The notes: generated by a model not told the origin, from the letters alone. Counted from the stretch's first letter, positions 29,448-38,590 are shown. The stretch: DNA of 64,000 bases from an uncultured Chloroflexia bacterium (GCA_963720755.1 CAVRGP010000008.1:1-64000), one strand, 5' to 3'. Translations and numbers: made by a program.

Positions 29448-29842
29448 GTCTTCGCCTCGGCGGATGTGGCGGTGGCGCCGACGTCGTCGAGCACGTGTTG
29501 GAGCGCATCGTGGCTGAGCATGGCGCACTTGAGTCGAGCCGGGCTGATGTCGATGCCGAGCAGGTCCAGGAGATCGTCCGCCCGGATGGCGGCGACCTCG
29601 TCGATCGACTTGCCCTTGATCTCATCCGTCAGGAGGCTGGCACTGGCCTGGCTGATCGCACAGCCGCGGCCGGTGAACGCGACCCGGTCGACGATGCCGT
29701 CCTTGACCCCGAGCATGAGGGTGATCCGGTCGCCACACAGCGGATTGGCACCTTCGTAGGATGCGTCGGCATCCTCGATGACCCCGAAGTTATGGGGCCG
29801 CCGATAGTGCTCCAGGATGTAGTCGCGGTAGAGATCGTCCAT
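29444..29842 (-). CDS. sufU: SufU/NifU-like Fe-S assembly protein
   Basis: ILEHYRRPHN, NPLCGD, GCAISQAS, RLKCA. Confidence 0.92.
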   Translation of the reverse strand: MDDLYRDYILEHYRRPHNFGVIEDADASYEGANPLCGDRITLMLGVKDGIVDRVAFTGRGCAISQASASLLTDEIKGKSIDEVAAIRADDLLDLLGIDISPARLKCAMLSHDALQHVLDDVGATATSAEAKT

Positions 29843-29918
29843 CGACTCGAAGTCTAGCGCGATTGTCCAATCCCGACCAGCGAGGTCGGGATTGATCGCG
29901 GACCAGAACCTGCGAGCG

Positions 29919-30398
29919 TCAGGGCCGGTCAGCGCTCGCTGGAGGCGCCGGGGTCTCGGGATCGCCGGCCTCAGCCTCGAGCGCGACCGCGATCGGTTCG
30001 AGCAGTCCGGTGAGGTCGCCCCGACCCCGGATGTCACGCAGCGCGGCGCGGATCATCGCCCGGCGATCGTCGACGATCGACTCACGGGCGGCGAGCCCGG
30101 CTTCGGTCAGCCGTGCTCTTGTCACCCGTCGATCGTTCGGGTCGCTCGCAAGGGTCACCAGACCGCGTCGCTCGAGCCGACGGAGCTGTCGGCCGGTCGC
30201 CGGCAGGGTCACCGCGATGAGCCGGGAGATCTCACCGACGGGATGTCCCTCTGGCGCGTCACCGAGGACGACCATCATCCGCCACTGCTGGAGACTCAGG
30301 TCGAGGTTCGGCCTGGCCCGCCCGAGCGCTTCGTTGGTCATCGCCACCCCGGCGACGATGATCCGCTCGATGGCATCCAGGAGTTCCGGATCGTTCAC
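29919..30398 (-). CDS. MarR-family regulator
   Basis: LSLQQWR...RLERRGLV...DRRVTRARLTEAG. Confidence 0.88.
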   Translation of the reverse strand: MNDPELLDAIERIIVAGVAMTNEALGRARPNLDLSLQQWRMMVVLGDAPEGHPVGEISRLIAVTLPATGRQLRRLERRGLVTLASDPNDRRVTRARLTEAGLAARESIVDDRRAMIRAALRDIRGRGDLTGLLEPIAVALEAEAGDPETPAPPASADRP

Positions 30399-30442
30399 GC
30401 GATGTGGCCCCTCGATTGCCTGGATCGTTTGGGTCTGGTCAA

Positions 30443-30464
30443 ATACTTGCCAGTAGGCTACTAT
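30443..30464. promoter_or_regulatory. Probable MarR operator ATACTTGCC-AGTA-GGCTACTAT
   Basis: Imperfect (7/9) palindrome in the AT-rich spacer between divergent genes. Confidence 0.5.
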
Positions 30465-30488
30465 ATATGCCTAGCTGGAGGTTCGCCG

Positions 30489-30815
30489 ATGCTTCGTTTC
30501 ACGCCGCAAGCCAGGGATCACCTGATCCGAGTCCGACGCCAGAAGGGTCTGGAGAGTGATTCGGTCCCGAGATTCATCCGGCGTGCCGGTCGATTGGTGC
30601 TGACCTTCGTCCGGAAGCCGGTCGCAAGCGACCGCGTCGTCGATGACGGACGGCTATCGACGCTGGTGGCTGCCAGCGCGGCGGACCTCCTGTCCGACGC
30701 CACGATCGACGTCGCGACGAATGATGGCAAGGCCTCGCTCGTCGTCCACCGCGATTCGCGAGCGAAGCGGACCGCGGGCGCGACCCGCCAGCGCGCCGCA
30801 CGAGCCACCGGCTAG
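30489..30815 (+). CDS. Small HesB/IscA-like-fold protein lacking cysteines
   Basis: SD GGAGG; MLRFTPQA...LLSDATID resembles the HesB-like fold. Confidence 0.5.
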   Translation: MLRFTPQARDHLIRVRRQKGLESDSVPRFIRRAGRLVLTFVRKPVASDRVVDDGRLSTLVAASAADLLSDATIDVATNDGKASLVVHRDSRAKRTAGATRQRAARATG

Positions 30816-30894
30816 GCTCAGGACCGGAAACGGCGCGCGGAGCGGTCGTCTCGCGGACCGTGCATCCCGGGATGTCCCGCACCGGGCGATCGCA

Positions 30895-32151
30895 TCAGCC
30901 GTTGAAGACGCGCTGGACTTCCTTCAGGCCCGTCGCCAGGGCGTCGATATCGTCGCGAGTGGAGTAGACGCTGAAGCTCGCCCGGGCGGTCGCCGTCAGG
31001 TCGAGCCGCTCGTGGAGTGGCATCGTGCAGTGGTGCCCTGCCCGGACGGCGATCCCGGATCGGTCGAGGACCTGGGCCACGTCATGGGGATGGATGCCCG
31101 GCAGATTGAACGGGACGACGCCGCCGCGGAGGTCGGGGTCGAGCGGGCCATACAACTCGATCCCGGGGACGTCACGAGGGAGCGCCTCGAGCGCGTAGGC
31201 GACAAGGTCTCGCTCGTGGGCCCGCACCGCGGCCATGCCCAGGCCGGACAGGTAGTCGGCGGCCACGCCGAGACCGATCGCGTCGCCGACCGCCGGGGTG
31301 CCTGCCTCGAACTTCCAGGGGATCTCGTTGAATTCGCTCCGGCGGAGGTGGACCTCGCGGATCATCTCGCCACCGGTCAGGAACGGCGGCATCGCCTCGA
31401 GCAGGTCGCGTCGCCCCCAGAGCACGCCCGAACCCATCGGCCCGAGCATCTTGTGCCCGGAGAATGCGTAGAAGTCGGCCCCGAGCGCGTGGACATCCAC
31501 CGGCATGTGCGGGACGGCCTGGGCTCCGTCGACGAGGACGAGCGCCCCGGCCGCGTGGGCCATGTCGATCATCTCCCGGACCGGATTGATCGTCCCCAGG
31601 GTGTTCGAGACGTGGGTGAAGGCGACCAGCTTGGGCTTGAGGCGCAGGAGCACTTCGAGGACGTCCAGCCGGAGGATCCCGTCATCGGTGATCGGGATGA
31701 ACTCGAGGTCGCCGTCGCGCTCCTGGACGAGGATCTGCCACGGGACGAGGTTCGCGTGGTGTTCCATCTCGGTCAGGACGATCGCGTCGCCGCGGTCGAT
31801 GTTTCGACGGCCCCAGGCGTAGGCGACGAGGTTGATCGCCTCCGTCGCGTTGCGGGTGAAGATGACCTCGCCGGTGTCCGACGCACCGATGAACCGGGCG
31901 ACGCGGGCGCGAGCGGCCTCGTAGGCGGCGGTCGCCTGTTCGCCGATGGTGTAGATGCCCCGATGGACGTTGGCGTTGTAGTCGCGGTAGTACGTAGTGA
32001 CGGCGTCGATCACGACGGCAGGTTTCTGGCTCGTCGACGCCGAATTGAGGAAGACGAGCGGGTGTCCGTTGATCTCCTGGCGGAGGATCGGGAAATCCGC
32101 CCGGATGACCTGTGGATCGAGAGCGCCGACCGGATCCTGGGCGATGGCCAT
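30895..32151 (-). CDS. sufS: Cysteine desulfurase SufS
   Basis: SASTSQKP, NVHRG, HHANL, SGHKMLGP, RAGHHC. Confidence 0.95.
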   Translation of the reverse strand: MAIAQDPVGALDPQVIRADFPILRQEINGHPLVFLNSASTSQKPAVVIDAVTTYYRDYNANVHRGIYTIGEQATAAYEAARARVARFIGASDTGEVIFTRNATEAINLVAYAWGRRNIDRGDAIVLTEMEHHANLVPWQILVQERDGDLEFIPITDDGILRLDVLEVLLRLKPKLVAFTHVSNTLGTINPVREMIDMAHAAGALVLVDGAQAVPHMPVDVHALGADFYAFSGHKMLGPMGSGVLWGRRDLLEAMPPFLTGGEMIREVHLRRSEFNEIPWKFEAGTPAVGDAIGLGVAADYLSGLGMAAVRAHERDLVAYALEALPRDVPGIELYGPLDPDLRGGVVPFNLPGIHPHDVAQVLDRSGIAVRAGHHCTMPLHERLDLTATARASFSVYSTRDDIDALATGLKEVQRVFNG

Positions 32152-32167
32152 GGGTCTCGATGCCCGC

Positions 32168-33064
32168 CTAGCGGGCCACCTCGACGGGATCGAGATCGGC
32201 GTCGGCCGGTCCGGCGGGAACGAGCAATGCCTCGTCGGGCAGGTCGGTCGTGTAGCCAGCTTCGCGCAGGACCGGGCCGTACCCCTCGTCCTCCAGGCGG
32301 AGGGCGAGATCCTTGCCGCCGGACGTGATGATCCGGCCCTGGGCGAGGACGTGGACGACGTCCGGGGTGATGTAGTTGAGCAGCCGCTGGTAGTGGGTGA
32401 TCAGCAGCACGCCGAGTTCCGGGCTGAGCATCGCGTTGACACCTTCGGCGACGATCCGGAGAGCATCGATGTCGAGACCGGAGTCGGTCTCGTCGAGGAT
32501 CGCCATCTCCGGCTCGAGGACCGCCATCTGGAGCATCTCGAGTCGCTTCTTCTCGCCTCCGGAGAAGCCGTCGTTGACGTACCGGCTGGCGAAGCCCTCG
32601 TCCATCCGGAGCAGGGCCATCTTCTCGCGCATCTTGTTGCGGAAGTCGCGCATGGAGATCCCGCCCTTGACCGCGTCGGTCGGGTCGATGTCCGGGTCCT
32701 TGTCGATCCCCTGGAGCTTGGCGTTGAGCGCGGAACGGATGAAGCTGGCCACGCTCAGGCCGGGGATGGCGGTCGGGTATTGGAAGGCGAGGAAGAGACC
32801 GAGCCTGGCCCGCTTGTCGGGCGACAATGCAAGGATGTCGCGGCCTTTCCAGATGACTTCGCCACCCTTGACGATGTACGCAGGGTGCCCCATGAGCGCG
32901 TAGGCGAGGGTCGTCTTGCCGGAGCCGTTCGGGCCCATGATGGCGTGGACCTCGCCTTTCCCGACGGTCAGGTCGATCCCCTGGAGGATCTCGTGGTCGG
33001 GCGCGGCGGCCGGCGCGACCCGCAGGCCGCGGACGATGAGTTGCTGATCGGTGTCGGTGGTCAC
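32168..33064 (-). CDS. sufC: Fe-S assembly ATPase SufC
   Basis: [40 protein letters not shown]. Confidence 0.95.
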   Translation of the reverse strand: MTTDTDQQLIVRGLRVAPAAAPDHEILQGIDLTVGKGEVHAIMGPNGSGKTTLAYALMGHPAYIVKGGEVIWKGRDILALSPDKRARLGLFLAFQYPTAIPGLSVASFIRSALNAKLQGIDKDPDIDPTDAVKGGISMRDFRNKMREKMALLRMDEGFASRYVNDGFSGGEKKRLEMLQMAVLEPEMAILDETDSGLDIDALRIVAEGVNAMLSPELGVLLITHYQRLLNYITPDVVHVLAQGRIITSGGKDLALRLEDEGYGPVLREAGYTTDLPDEALLVPAGPADADLDPVEVAR

Positions 33065-33582
33065 GGGTGGGTCAGGGCTCCCTGCTGGACGGTGGGTTGG
33101 TCGACGTCGATGGGGCTTGGTCGGGGTGGGACGAGATCGGCGAGGGTCATCGAATGGAGAGCGCCGGCCACGGCGTCGCGAACGCGAACCCACAGGACAT
33201 TGACCGTGCAACTGGACGAACGATCGCACAAGGTGGCGTGCTCGGGATCGTCGCTGGCACACAGCATCGGGGCGATCGGGCCCTCGAGCGCGCGGAGGAC
33301 CTCGGCCATGGAGATGGTCTCTGCCGGGCGGGCGAGTTCGTAGCCGCCGCGGGCGCCGCGGGTGCTGGTGACCAGCCCCGCCTCGCGAAGGCTCACGACG
33401 AGCTGTTCGAGATAGGCCCGCGGGAGGTCTTCCTCGGCCGCGATCTCGGCGAGGCTTGCCGGACCGGAGCCGCGATGCCGGCCGAGCTGGACCATCAGCC
33501 GAACGCCGTACTCGCCCTTCGTCGAGAAGGCGATGGCGCCGCTGCCGTGATACGCAAGACGAGGAGTGGCCGTGGCAGTCAG
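33061..33582 (-). CDS. Rrf2-family regulator (IscR/CymR/SufR-like); start probably non-canonical
   Basis: [12 protein letters not shown]...YLEQL...RGARGGY, three Cys. The conserved N-terminus lies upstream of the first ATG (33495). Confidence 0.85.
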   Translation of the reverse strand: MTATATPRLAYHGSGAIAFSTKGEYGVRLMVQLGRHRGSGPASLAEIAAEEDLPRAYLEQLVVSLREAGLVTSTRGARGGYELARPAETISMAEVLRALEGPIAPMLCASDDPEHATLCDRSSSCTVNVLWVRVRDAVAGALHSMTLADLVPPRPSPIDVDQPTVQQGALTHP

Positions 33583-33595
33583 GAGATGGTCCTCG

Positions 33596-33620
33596 ATATC
33601 CGAGTGAATTCGTCGGATAT
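33596..33620. promoter_or_regulatory. Rrf2/IscR type-1-like operator ATATCCGAGTGAATTCGTCGGATAT
   Basis: 25-bp site with 8-bp perfect arms; 21/25 match to the recalled IscR type-1 consensus. Confidence 0.75.
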
Positions 33621-33729
33621 GAGTCTACGGCGACCGCCGCGGAGCGTCAATCGGAGCGGGGGGGTAGAGGACGGGAGGAGTCGACGCTGGCGAGATTCCC
33701 ACCACCGGCACAGCGGGCCCGCTCCGCCC

Positions 33730-34083
33730 CTATCGAGGTCCAGGTACCTCCTGACCGGTGCTTCCATCGATGACGGTCCGGCCCTCGAGCGGCTCGCCGA
33801 GGTATACGGGAACGTAGAGCCGGGTAGCGACAGATGTGCCGGGGCCGAGTTGCAGGGTGATGGCATTCACGGTGATCGTGACGGTCGAATCCGTCTCGGT
33901 GACGCTGGTCACGCGGGGCCACGAATAGGGTGCGCCATATCCCATCACGGCTACGGTCTCATCATCGAGGGCTTGATATGACTCGAGCCGGAGCGGCTGG
34001 TCCAGCAGCCGGATCGCGATCAGGGCCAGGATCACAACGACCCCGAGGACGAACCAGCGCCGACGGATCGTGGGGATCTTCAC
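33730..34083 (-). CDS. Hypothetical membrane-anchored protein
   Basis: N-terminal TM, beta-rich body ending LGEPLEGRTVIDG. Confidence 0.6.
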   Translation of the reverse strand: MKIPTIRRRWFVLGVVVILALIAIRLLDQPLRLESYQALDDETVAVMGYGAPYSWPRVTSVTETDSTVTITVNAITLQLGPGTSVATRLYVPVYLGEPLEGRTVIDGSTGQEVPGPR

Positions 34084-34397
34084 GCGGCCGTGTGGCCATC
34101 GAGAGCCATTCTGGGGACGGAAGTTGGCGACATTCTCACCCGTGGACCGCTACGCCACGTTTCTTTGCTTTGATCGAGTGCCGCCGAAGCCGAACCACCT
34201 CTCCCGGTGGCTCACCTACGCTCAGGAACGACCAGATCCTCTCGCACGGAGCCTCGATCGAGGTCCTCCCACCCCATCCACCCGACATCGCGGTCTCCCG
34301 GTGAACATCTTGCCGCCATCCTGAGCACAGGGCCCAGCGATGCGCGATCAAGTGGATCGAACCTACCGCGGGCGACTGCAGTACGATCGTTGGCGCG

Positions 34398-34676
34398 ATG
34401 CCTCTCCGTGACGTGTCCAACGCTGAGCAACAGTACCTTGCACGCGTCGTGGCCGATTGCGCTGAGTTGCTCGGCCCCGGGATCGAGCCCGACGACCTGG
34501 AACTGGAGGTCGCCGGCGAGGTCGCCCTCCGCCTGCGGTACCGGCTCGGGGCCGCGACCTGGACGAGCCTCGGCGTGGGCGAGACCTTGATCGCCGCGCA
34601 CGCCGCCCTCCGGGAGCAACTGGTGATCGACCGGATCCGCCTCGGTTTCACGCTACTCGTCGACGAGCCAGGATAG
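34398..34676 (+). CDS. Hypothetical protein
   Basis: Ordered, protein-like 92-aa ORF. Confidence 0.55.
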   Translation: MPLRDVSNAEQQYLARVVADCAELLGPGIEPDDLELEVAGEVALRLRYRLGAATWTSLGVGETLIAAHAALREQLVIDRIRLGFTLLVDEPG

Positions 34677-34720
34677 GGCGACCCGGCCCTCGCCCATCGG
34701 GTGCTTGTCGCCGGGTTTCG

Positions 34721-34954
34721 CTAGCGCCGCAGGATCCGATCGAGGAAGCTTCGCCGCGCGCGCTCCGTCGGTTGCGGTTCGTCCTGTCCGGCCGGGTCGT
34801 GGTAGTACAGGTCGTGCTCCAGCTCACGAATTTCGGCCGCGTCCAGGGCGGCCTGGGTGTCGCTCACTCGCCGGCCGGTTGCCGAGGCGACCTGGTCGGC
34901 CCCCAGCGCCTTTCGGATGGCCTCGCCTGCGATCGAGGGGTTCGGTCCATGCAT
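34721..34954 (-). CDS. Small hypothetical protein
   Basis: SD-like GGAG upstream; basic amphipathic C-terminus RRSFLDRILRR. Confidence 0.5.
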   Translation of the reverse strand: MHGPNPSIAGEAIRKALGADQVASATGRRVSDTQAALDAAEIRELEHDLYYHDPAGQDEPQPTERARRSFLDRILRR

Positions 34955-34985
34955 CGTGCGACCTTGCTCCGTGACCGAATGGATG

Positions 34986-35186
34986 TCAATCGTTGTGAGC
35001 GGAACTCGGCCGGCGAACCAGGCCCGGAACGTCAAGGTGTCCGGACGCTTCCAGTTCGGTCTTGTGCAGGGCCCGAACGGAGCCACGAGGGCTGGCGCGG
35101 AGGCGTTGCTGGATCGCCAGCGTGAGATCCGTCTCGCCCTCGATGGCCCGGGCGCTACTGGGTCGACTGACGAGTGCCTTCGGCAT
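34986..35186 (-). CDS. Possible small hypothetical protein (MPKALVSR...)
   Basis: AAGGAG SD just upstream, directly after the upstream gene's stop; no recognisable family. Confidence 0.3.
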   Translation of the reverse strand: MPKALVSRPSSARAIEGETDLTLAIQQRLRASPRGSVRALHKTELEASGHLDVPGLVRRPSSAHND

Positions 35187-35197
35187 GACCGACTCCT

Positions 35198-35977
35198 TCA
35201 GTCCAGCACGAACCAGGACACGACTGCCTTCGTGGCCAGGCTGGTGTTGAGGTAGATGGTGAACTTGCCCGAGGCCGGGACGACCGCCCGGACCCACCGA
35301 CCGGGTTCGCTCGTCGCCAGGACGGCGAAGACCTTGCTGGTCGTCGTCGTGCCGGGAAGCGTGACGGTCCTTGTGCTCGTGTGCTTGGCCATGGATTGGC
35401 GGCCGGACCGGCTCAACTTGACCTTGCCGATGACTCGCAACGCGGTCGAGTAGTCCGCGGCGGCCTGGGCTCGGACGCCCTCTGTGCCGGGCGCATCGAA
35501 GGCATTGCCGAGGACGCCGATCCCGCCGTCACCCCAGACGCCCCAGCCGCCGCTGCCGTAGACCCCGACGTCGTAGCTGTCGCCCCACACGCCGGCGCTG
35601 AAGACGTTCGGATCCGGGTAGGTCGGGGCGGACCCGAAGACGCCCGTGTACTGGGTGTAGGTCGGGTCGAACCAGGACGGATCCGGTGCCTCGACACTCC
35701 AGCCGACGACCCCGCCGCCGCCGAGGCTCGTGCCGAGTACGCCGTAACCCGCACCGGTGCCGGTGGCATTGCCGGCCAGGGCGGTGCTGTCCGTCCCGGA
35801 GTCGGTGATCGAGGTCGTGGCGGTGGTCGGGTTGTCGACGCCCATCACGACGTCGTTCGGGTCGGCGGCGGCAACGGTGAGTGGGAGGGCCGCCGAGGCC
35901 GCCAGGGCTGCGGCCGTTCCCGCAGCGGCTGCGAGGAGTGTCCGACGAGACCGAAGAGCGTTGGGATCCGACTCCAT
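35198..35977 (-). CDS. Tat-exported Gly-rich repeat protein
   Basis: SRRTLL twin-arginine signal; repeated GV(L/V/F/W/Y)G units; basic beta-rich C-terminal domain. Confidence 0.7.
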   Translation of the reverse strand: MESDPNALRSRRTLLAAAAGTAAALAASAALPLTVAAADPNDVVMGVDNPTTATTSITDSGTDSTALAGNATGTGAGYGVLGTSLGGGGVVGWSVEAPDPSWFDPTYTQYTGVFGSAPTYPDPNVFSAGVWGDSYDVGVYGSGGWGVWGDGGIGVLGNAFDAPGTEGVRAQAAADYSTALRVIGKVKLSRSGRQSMAKHTSTRTVTLPGTTTTSKVFAVLATSEPGRWVRAVVPASGKFTIYLNTSLATKAVVSWFVLD

Positions 35978-36070
35978 GATGAGCCTCCGATGATCGCCCG
36001 GTCCGGCCTGGACGGCCGTGTCAGATCATCGTACGCCGCGGATCTGGGCCCGACACATCGATCTTCGTCG

Positions 36071-36946
36071 CTAGGTGGCGGCGGGCAGCGCGCCTTGCTC
36101 CGTCAGGAAGCCTTCGACGATCGAACGGACCTCGTTCGCACGCTCGATCCACGGATAGTGGCCGGCTCGATCGACGATCCGGACCTGGGCTCCGGGGATC
36201 AGGGCAGCCGTCTGCTCCGTCGCGTGCAGCGGCAGGGGATCGCCCTCCCCATGGATGAGCAGGGCCGGTACCCGAAGGTGCGGCAGGCCGCGCTCCAGCG
36301 TGCCGGTCTCGAAGTGGCGCTGGATCGATGCCAGCGTGTCCGGCCCACCATCGTCGAGCGGGTGCTCGAGACGCATCGACACGGGCGGGAGCACGTTGCC
36401 GTGCTTGTACGAGTACGACGGCCAGAGGGCCATCTGGATCTTGGTCATCAGCGCCCCGTCGTCGTCGCCCGCGGCCTGCCGGGCCATGAGCTCGTCCAGG
36501 TTCGCGCGTTCCTCTGGCGTCAGGCGGGCCACCAGGTTCTCCACGAGTTCGGTGCTTCCGCCATCCGGGACGGCACCGAGCGTCTCCATGAGGATCATGC
36601 CGGCGACCCGCTCGGGGTGGGCGACAGCGAGATGCATCGCGAGGTGGGCGCCCCAGGCGTGCCCGATGAGCCAGGCCCGTGCCCATTCGAGATGGTCGAG
36701 CACGGCGATCGTATCGGCGACATGCGTCTCGACGTCGCGCGGTCCTTCGAGCGTGCTCGGTGCCAGGCCGCGCTGTTGGGGCAGGACGCCATCGACCAGG
36801 CCATCGAGGACCTCAACGACTCCGACCATGTACTCGGCACCGATCCCGGGACCGCCGTGCAGGTACAGGGCGGGCGGTCCCGATCCCCGTCGTGTGGCGA
36901 AGATCTCGCCGCCGGGGACGGCGACGGTCAATGTCTCGAACCCCAT
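36071..36946 (-). CDS. Alpha/beta hydrolase fold protein (proline iminopeptidase-like)
   Basis: HGGPG, QRG, GHAWG, GEGD, AGHYPW. Confidence 0.8.
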   Translation of the reverse strand: MGFETLTVAVPGGEIFATRRGSGPPALYLHGGPGIGAEYMVGVVEVLDGLVDGVLPQQRGLAPSTLEGPRDVETHVADTIAVLDHLEWARAWLIGHAWGAHLAMHLAVAHPERVAGMILMETLGAVPDGGSTELVENLVARLTPEERANLDELMARQAAGDDDGALMTKIQMALWPSYSYKHGNVLPPVSMRLEHPLDDGGPDTLASIQRHFETGTLERGLPHLRVPALLIHGEGDPLPLHATEQTAALIPGAQVRIVDRAGHYPWIERANEVRSIVEGFLTEQGALPAAT

Positions 36947-37020
36947 GGATCCCTCCGAGCGATGCTGACGTCCTCGGCACGATAGCCGACGGCCACGGAC
37001 TCGACACTGGCCGCCCGGTC

Positions 37021-37078
37021 CAGAAACGAAAGCGACCGAGGCACCCAGCCGACGGATCGGCTGAGCGCCCCGGTCACA
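37021..37078 (-). terminator. Strong intrinsic terminator
   Basis: Minus strand GACCGGGGCGCTCAGCCGA-TCCG-TCGGCTGGGTGCCTCGGTC (19 bp including GU pairs), followed by GCTTTCGTTTCT. Confidence 0.75.
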
Positions 37079-37289
37079 CGTCGCTCGGGGTCGCGACGCA
37101 TCATTGGGGGAGTCGAAGTCGACGGTTCCCCGCAACGGATCTCATCCTGCCGTGGGGTCCTGGGTTTGACCAGTACCTTTGGCTGGGCCGGGTACTGCAG
37201 TGGACCGCACTGGACCGGACCGGACCACGCCCAAGTCCACCGACGCCGTCGCCGAAAGCGGTGCGTCGAGGCACACGCTGGAGCGTCCC

Positions 37290-37724
37290 CTAGGGGAGCC
37301 GCTCGATCCCGCCCAGGTGGTCCTCGTCGTGGTCGACCGCGAGTCGGATCAGGCCCTCGACGTCGAGCACGCCGTACGTGGCGTGGACGCCGGAGCGGGC
37401 CCAACCCGCGTCGTCGAGCGCCGCGAGGATCGCCACGGTCGCCGCCCTGGCCACAGCGAACGCCGCCAGGATGTCGTCGAGCGGCGCGCCGTCGAACCCG
37501 GGCACCAGCCCCGGTTCGGTCCACGGCCAATGCGGATCGTCGTCGACCGCGACCCGGGCGAGACGTGCCTGCCAGACCTCGACCTCCACGGCGATGAGGT
37601 GCCTGGAGATCTCCGCGGGCCCCCATTCGCCGATCGGGACCGGCCGGCCGGCGCCGGAATGGGCCGCGGACGCGAGCCGCTGAGGAAAGTCGGCAAACGC
37701 GGTGACGAGGTCGTCCCGATTCAC
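37290..37724 (-). CDS. DinB-family protein
   Basis: EWGPAEISRHL...HDEDH metal-binding pattern. Confidence 0.8.
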   Translation of the reverse strand: MNRDDLVTAFADFPQRLASAAHSGAGRPVPIGEWGPAEISRHLIAVEVEVWQARLARVAVDDDPHWPWTEPGLVPGFDGAPLDDILAAFAVARAATVAILAALDDAGWARSGVHATYGVLDVEGLIRLAVDHDEDHLGGIERLP

Positions 37725-38590
37725 AGATGCTTTTCGAGCATCGACTGGCGCCAGGCCTCGGTGGCCTCGACCGCGTTGAACGTGTATAGATGCAGACCGG
37801 TCACGCGTGCCGCCGGGTCGGACAGCAATGGGCCGAGATCCTCGACGAACCCGGTCGGCTTGTAGAAGCCTCCGGACCGGGCCATGCCGGTCACGAACCG
37901 GACGTTCTTGACCAGGAATCGCTTTGCATCGGTGACCCCGATCCGGGCGGCGATCGACAACAGCTTCTGGGGATCGGCGACCCCCGGGACCCCGATCACG
38001 ACATCGGGCGCGAAGCCCTCGGCTCGGCGGTCACGCACCCAGGACGCGATCGCCTTCGTGTCGAAATCCATCTGGGTCGTGACGTGGGCGATATACGGCG
38101 ACTTGTCCCGGAGCGCCGCCGCCAGGGCGTCGTCCGGGATATCGGGATGCCCCTTCGGGTAGCCCGGACAGCCGATCGACTCGAACGGGTGTCCGAGGTC
38201 GGTCATCGCCTGGAGCAGGGACAGCCCATCGAGGTACTCGCCCGGCTCGTCGGCGTCGCCACCGACGACGAAAGCGTGGCGCAGGCCGGCGTCACGGGCT
38301 CGATCGAGCAGTCCGGCGAGCGTCGCCCGATCGGCGATCATCCGGGCCGACAGGTGCGGGATGGCCCGGAAGCCGTCGGTCTGGAGGCGAACCGCCCAGT
38401 CGAGCGTGGCGTCGATCCCCTTGGCGGGCGACGCGGTCACCGACACGCGGGCCCCGGGCGGCAGATGCGGGATCTGGTCGGGTAGGCTCTTGAGTGGGAG
38501 CAGCTCGAAGATCGGATCCGCGAGGACCCCTCGCAACGCAGCCCGGGCGTCATCGTCGAGTCCGCGCCGACGCGACAGCAGTGGGGCCAT
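37721..38590 (-). CDS. metF: Methylenetetrahydrofolate reductase
   Basis: PHLSAR, FVVGGD, GYPKGHP, TQMDFD, GLHLYTFN. Confidence 0.85.
   Translation of the reverse strand: MAPLLSRRRGLDDDARAALRGVLADPIFELLPLKSLPDQIPHLPPGARVSVTASPAKGIDATLDWAVRLQTDGFRAIPHLSARMIADRATLAGLLDRARDAGLRHAFVVGGDADEPGEYLDGLSLLQAMTDLGHPFESIGCPGYPKGHPDIPDDALAAALRDKSPYIAHVTTQMDFDTKAIASWVRDRRAEGFAPDVVIGVPGVADPQKLLSIAARIGVTDAKRFLVKNVRFVTGMARSGGFYKPTGFVEDLGPLLSDPAARVTGLHLYTFNAVEATEAWRQSMLEKHL

Noticed and set aside
34084-34397. Lower-GC intergenic stretch as an ncRNA or IS end
   Set aside because: No convincing stems, terminal repeats or transposase could be seen by eye.
37100-37165. GGTTCCCCGCAACGG resembling a cobalamin riboswitch core near B12 genes
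   Set aside because: It lacks the upstream GGGAA/GGTG/AATCC elements and the B12 box, and no gene lies downstream on that strand.
37195-37232. GGACC repeats as a CRISPR or iteron array
   Set aside because: Only 5-nt units with no spacers and no cas or rep genes.
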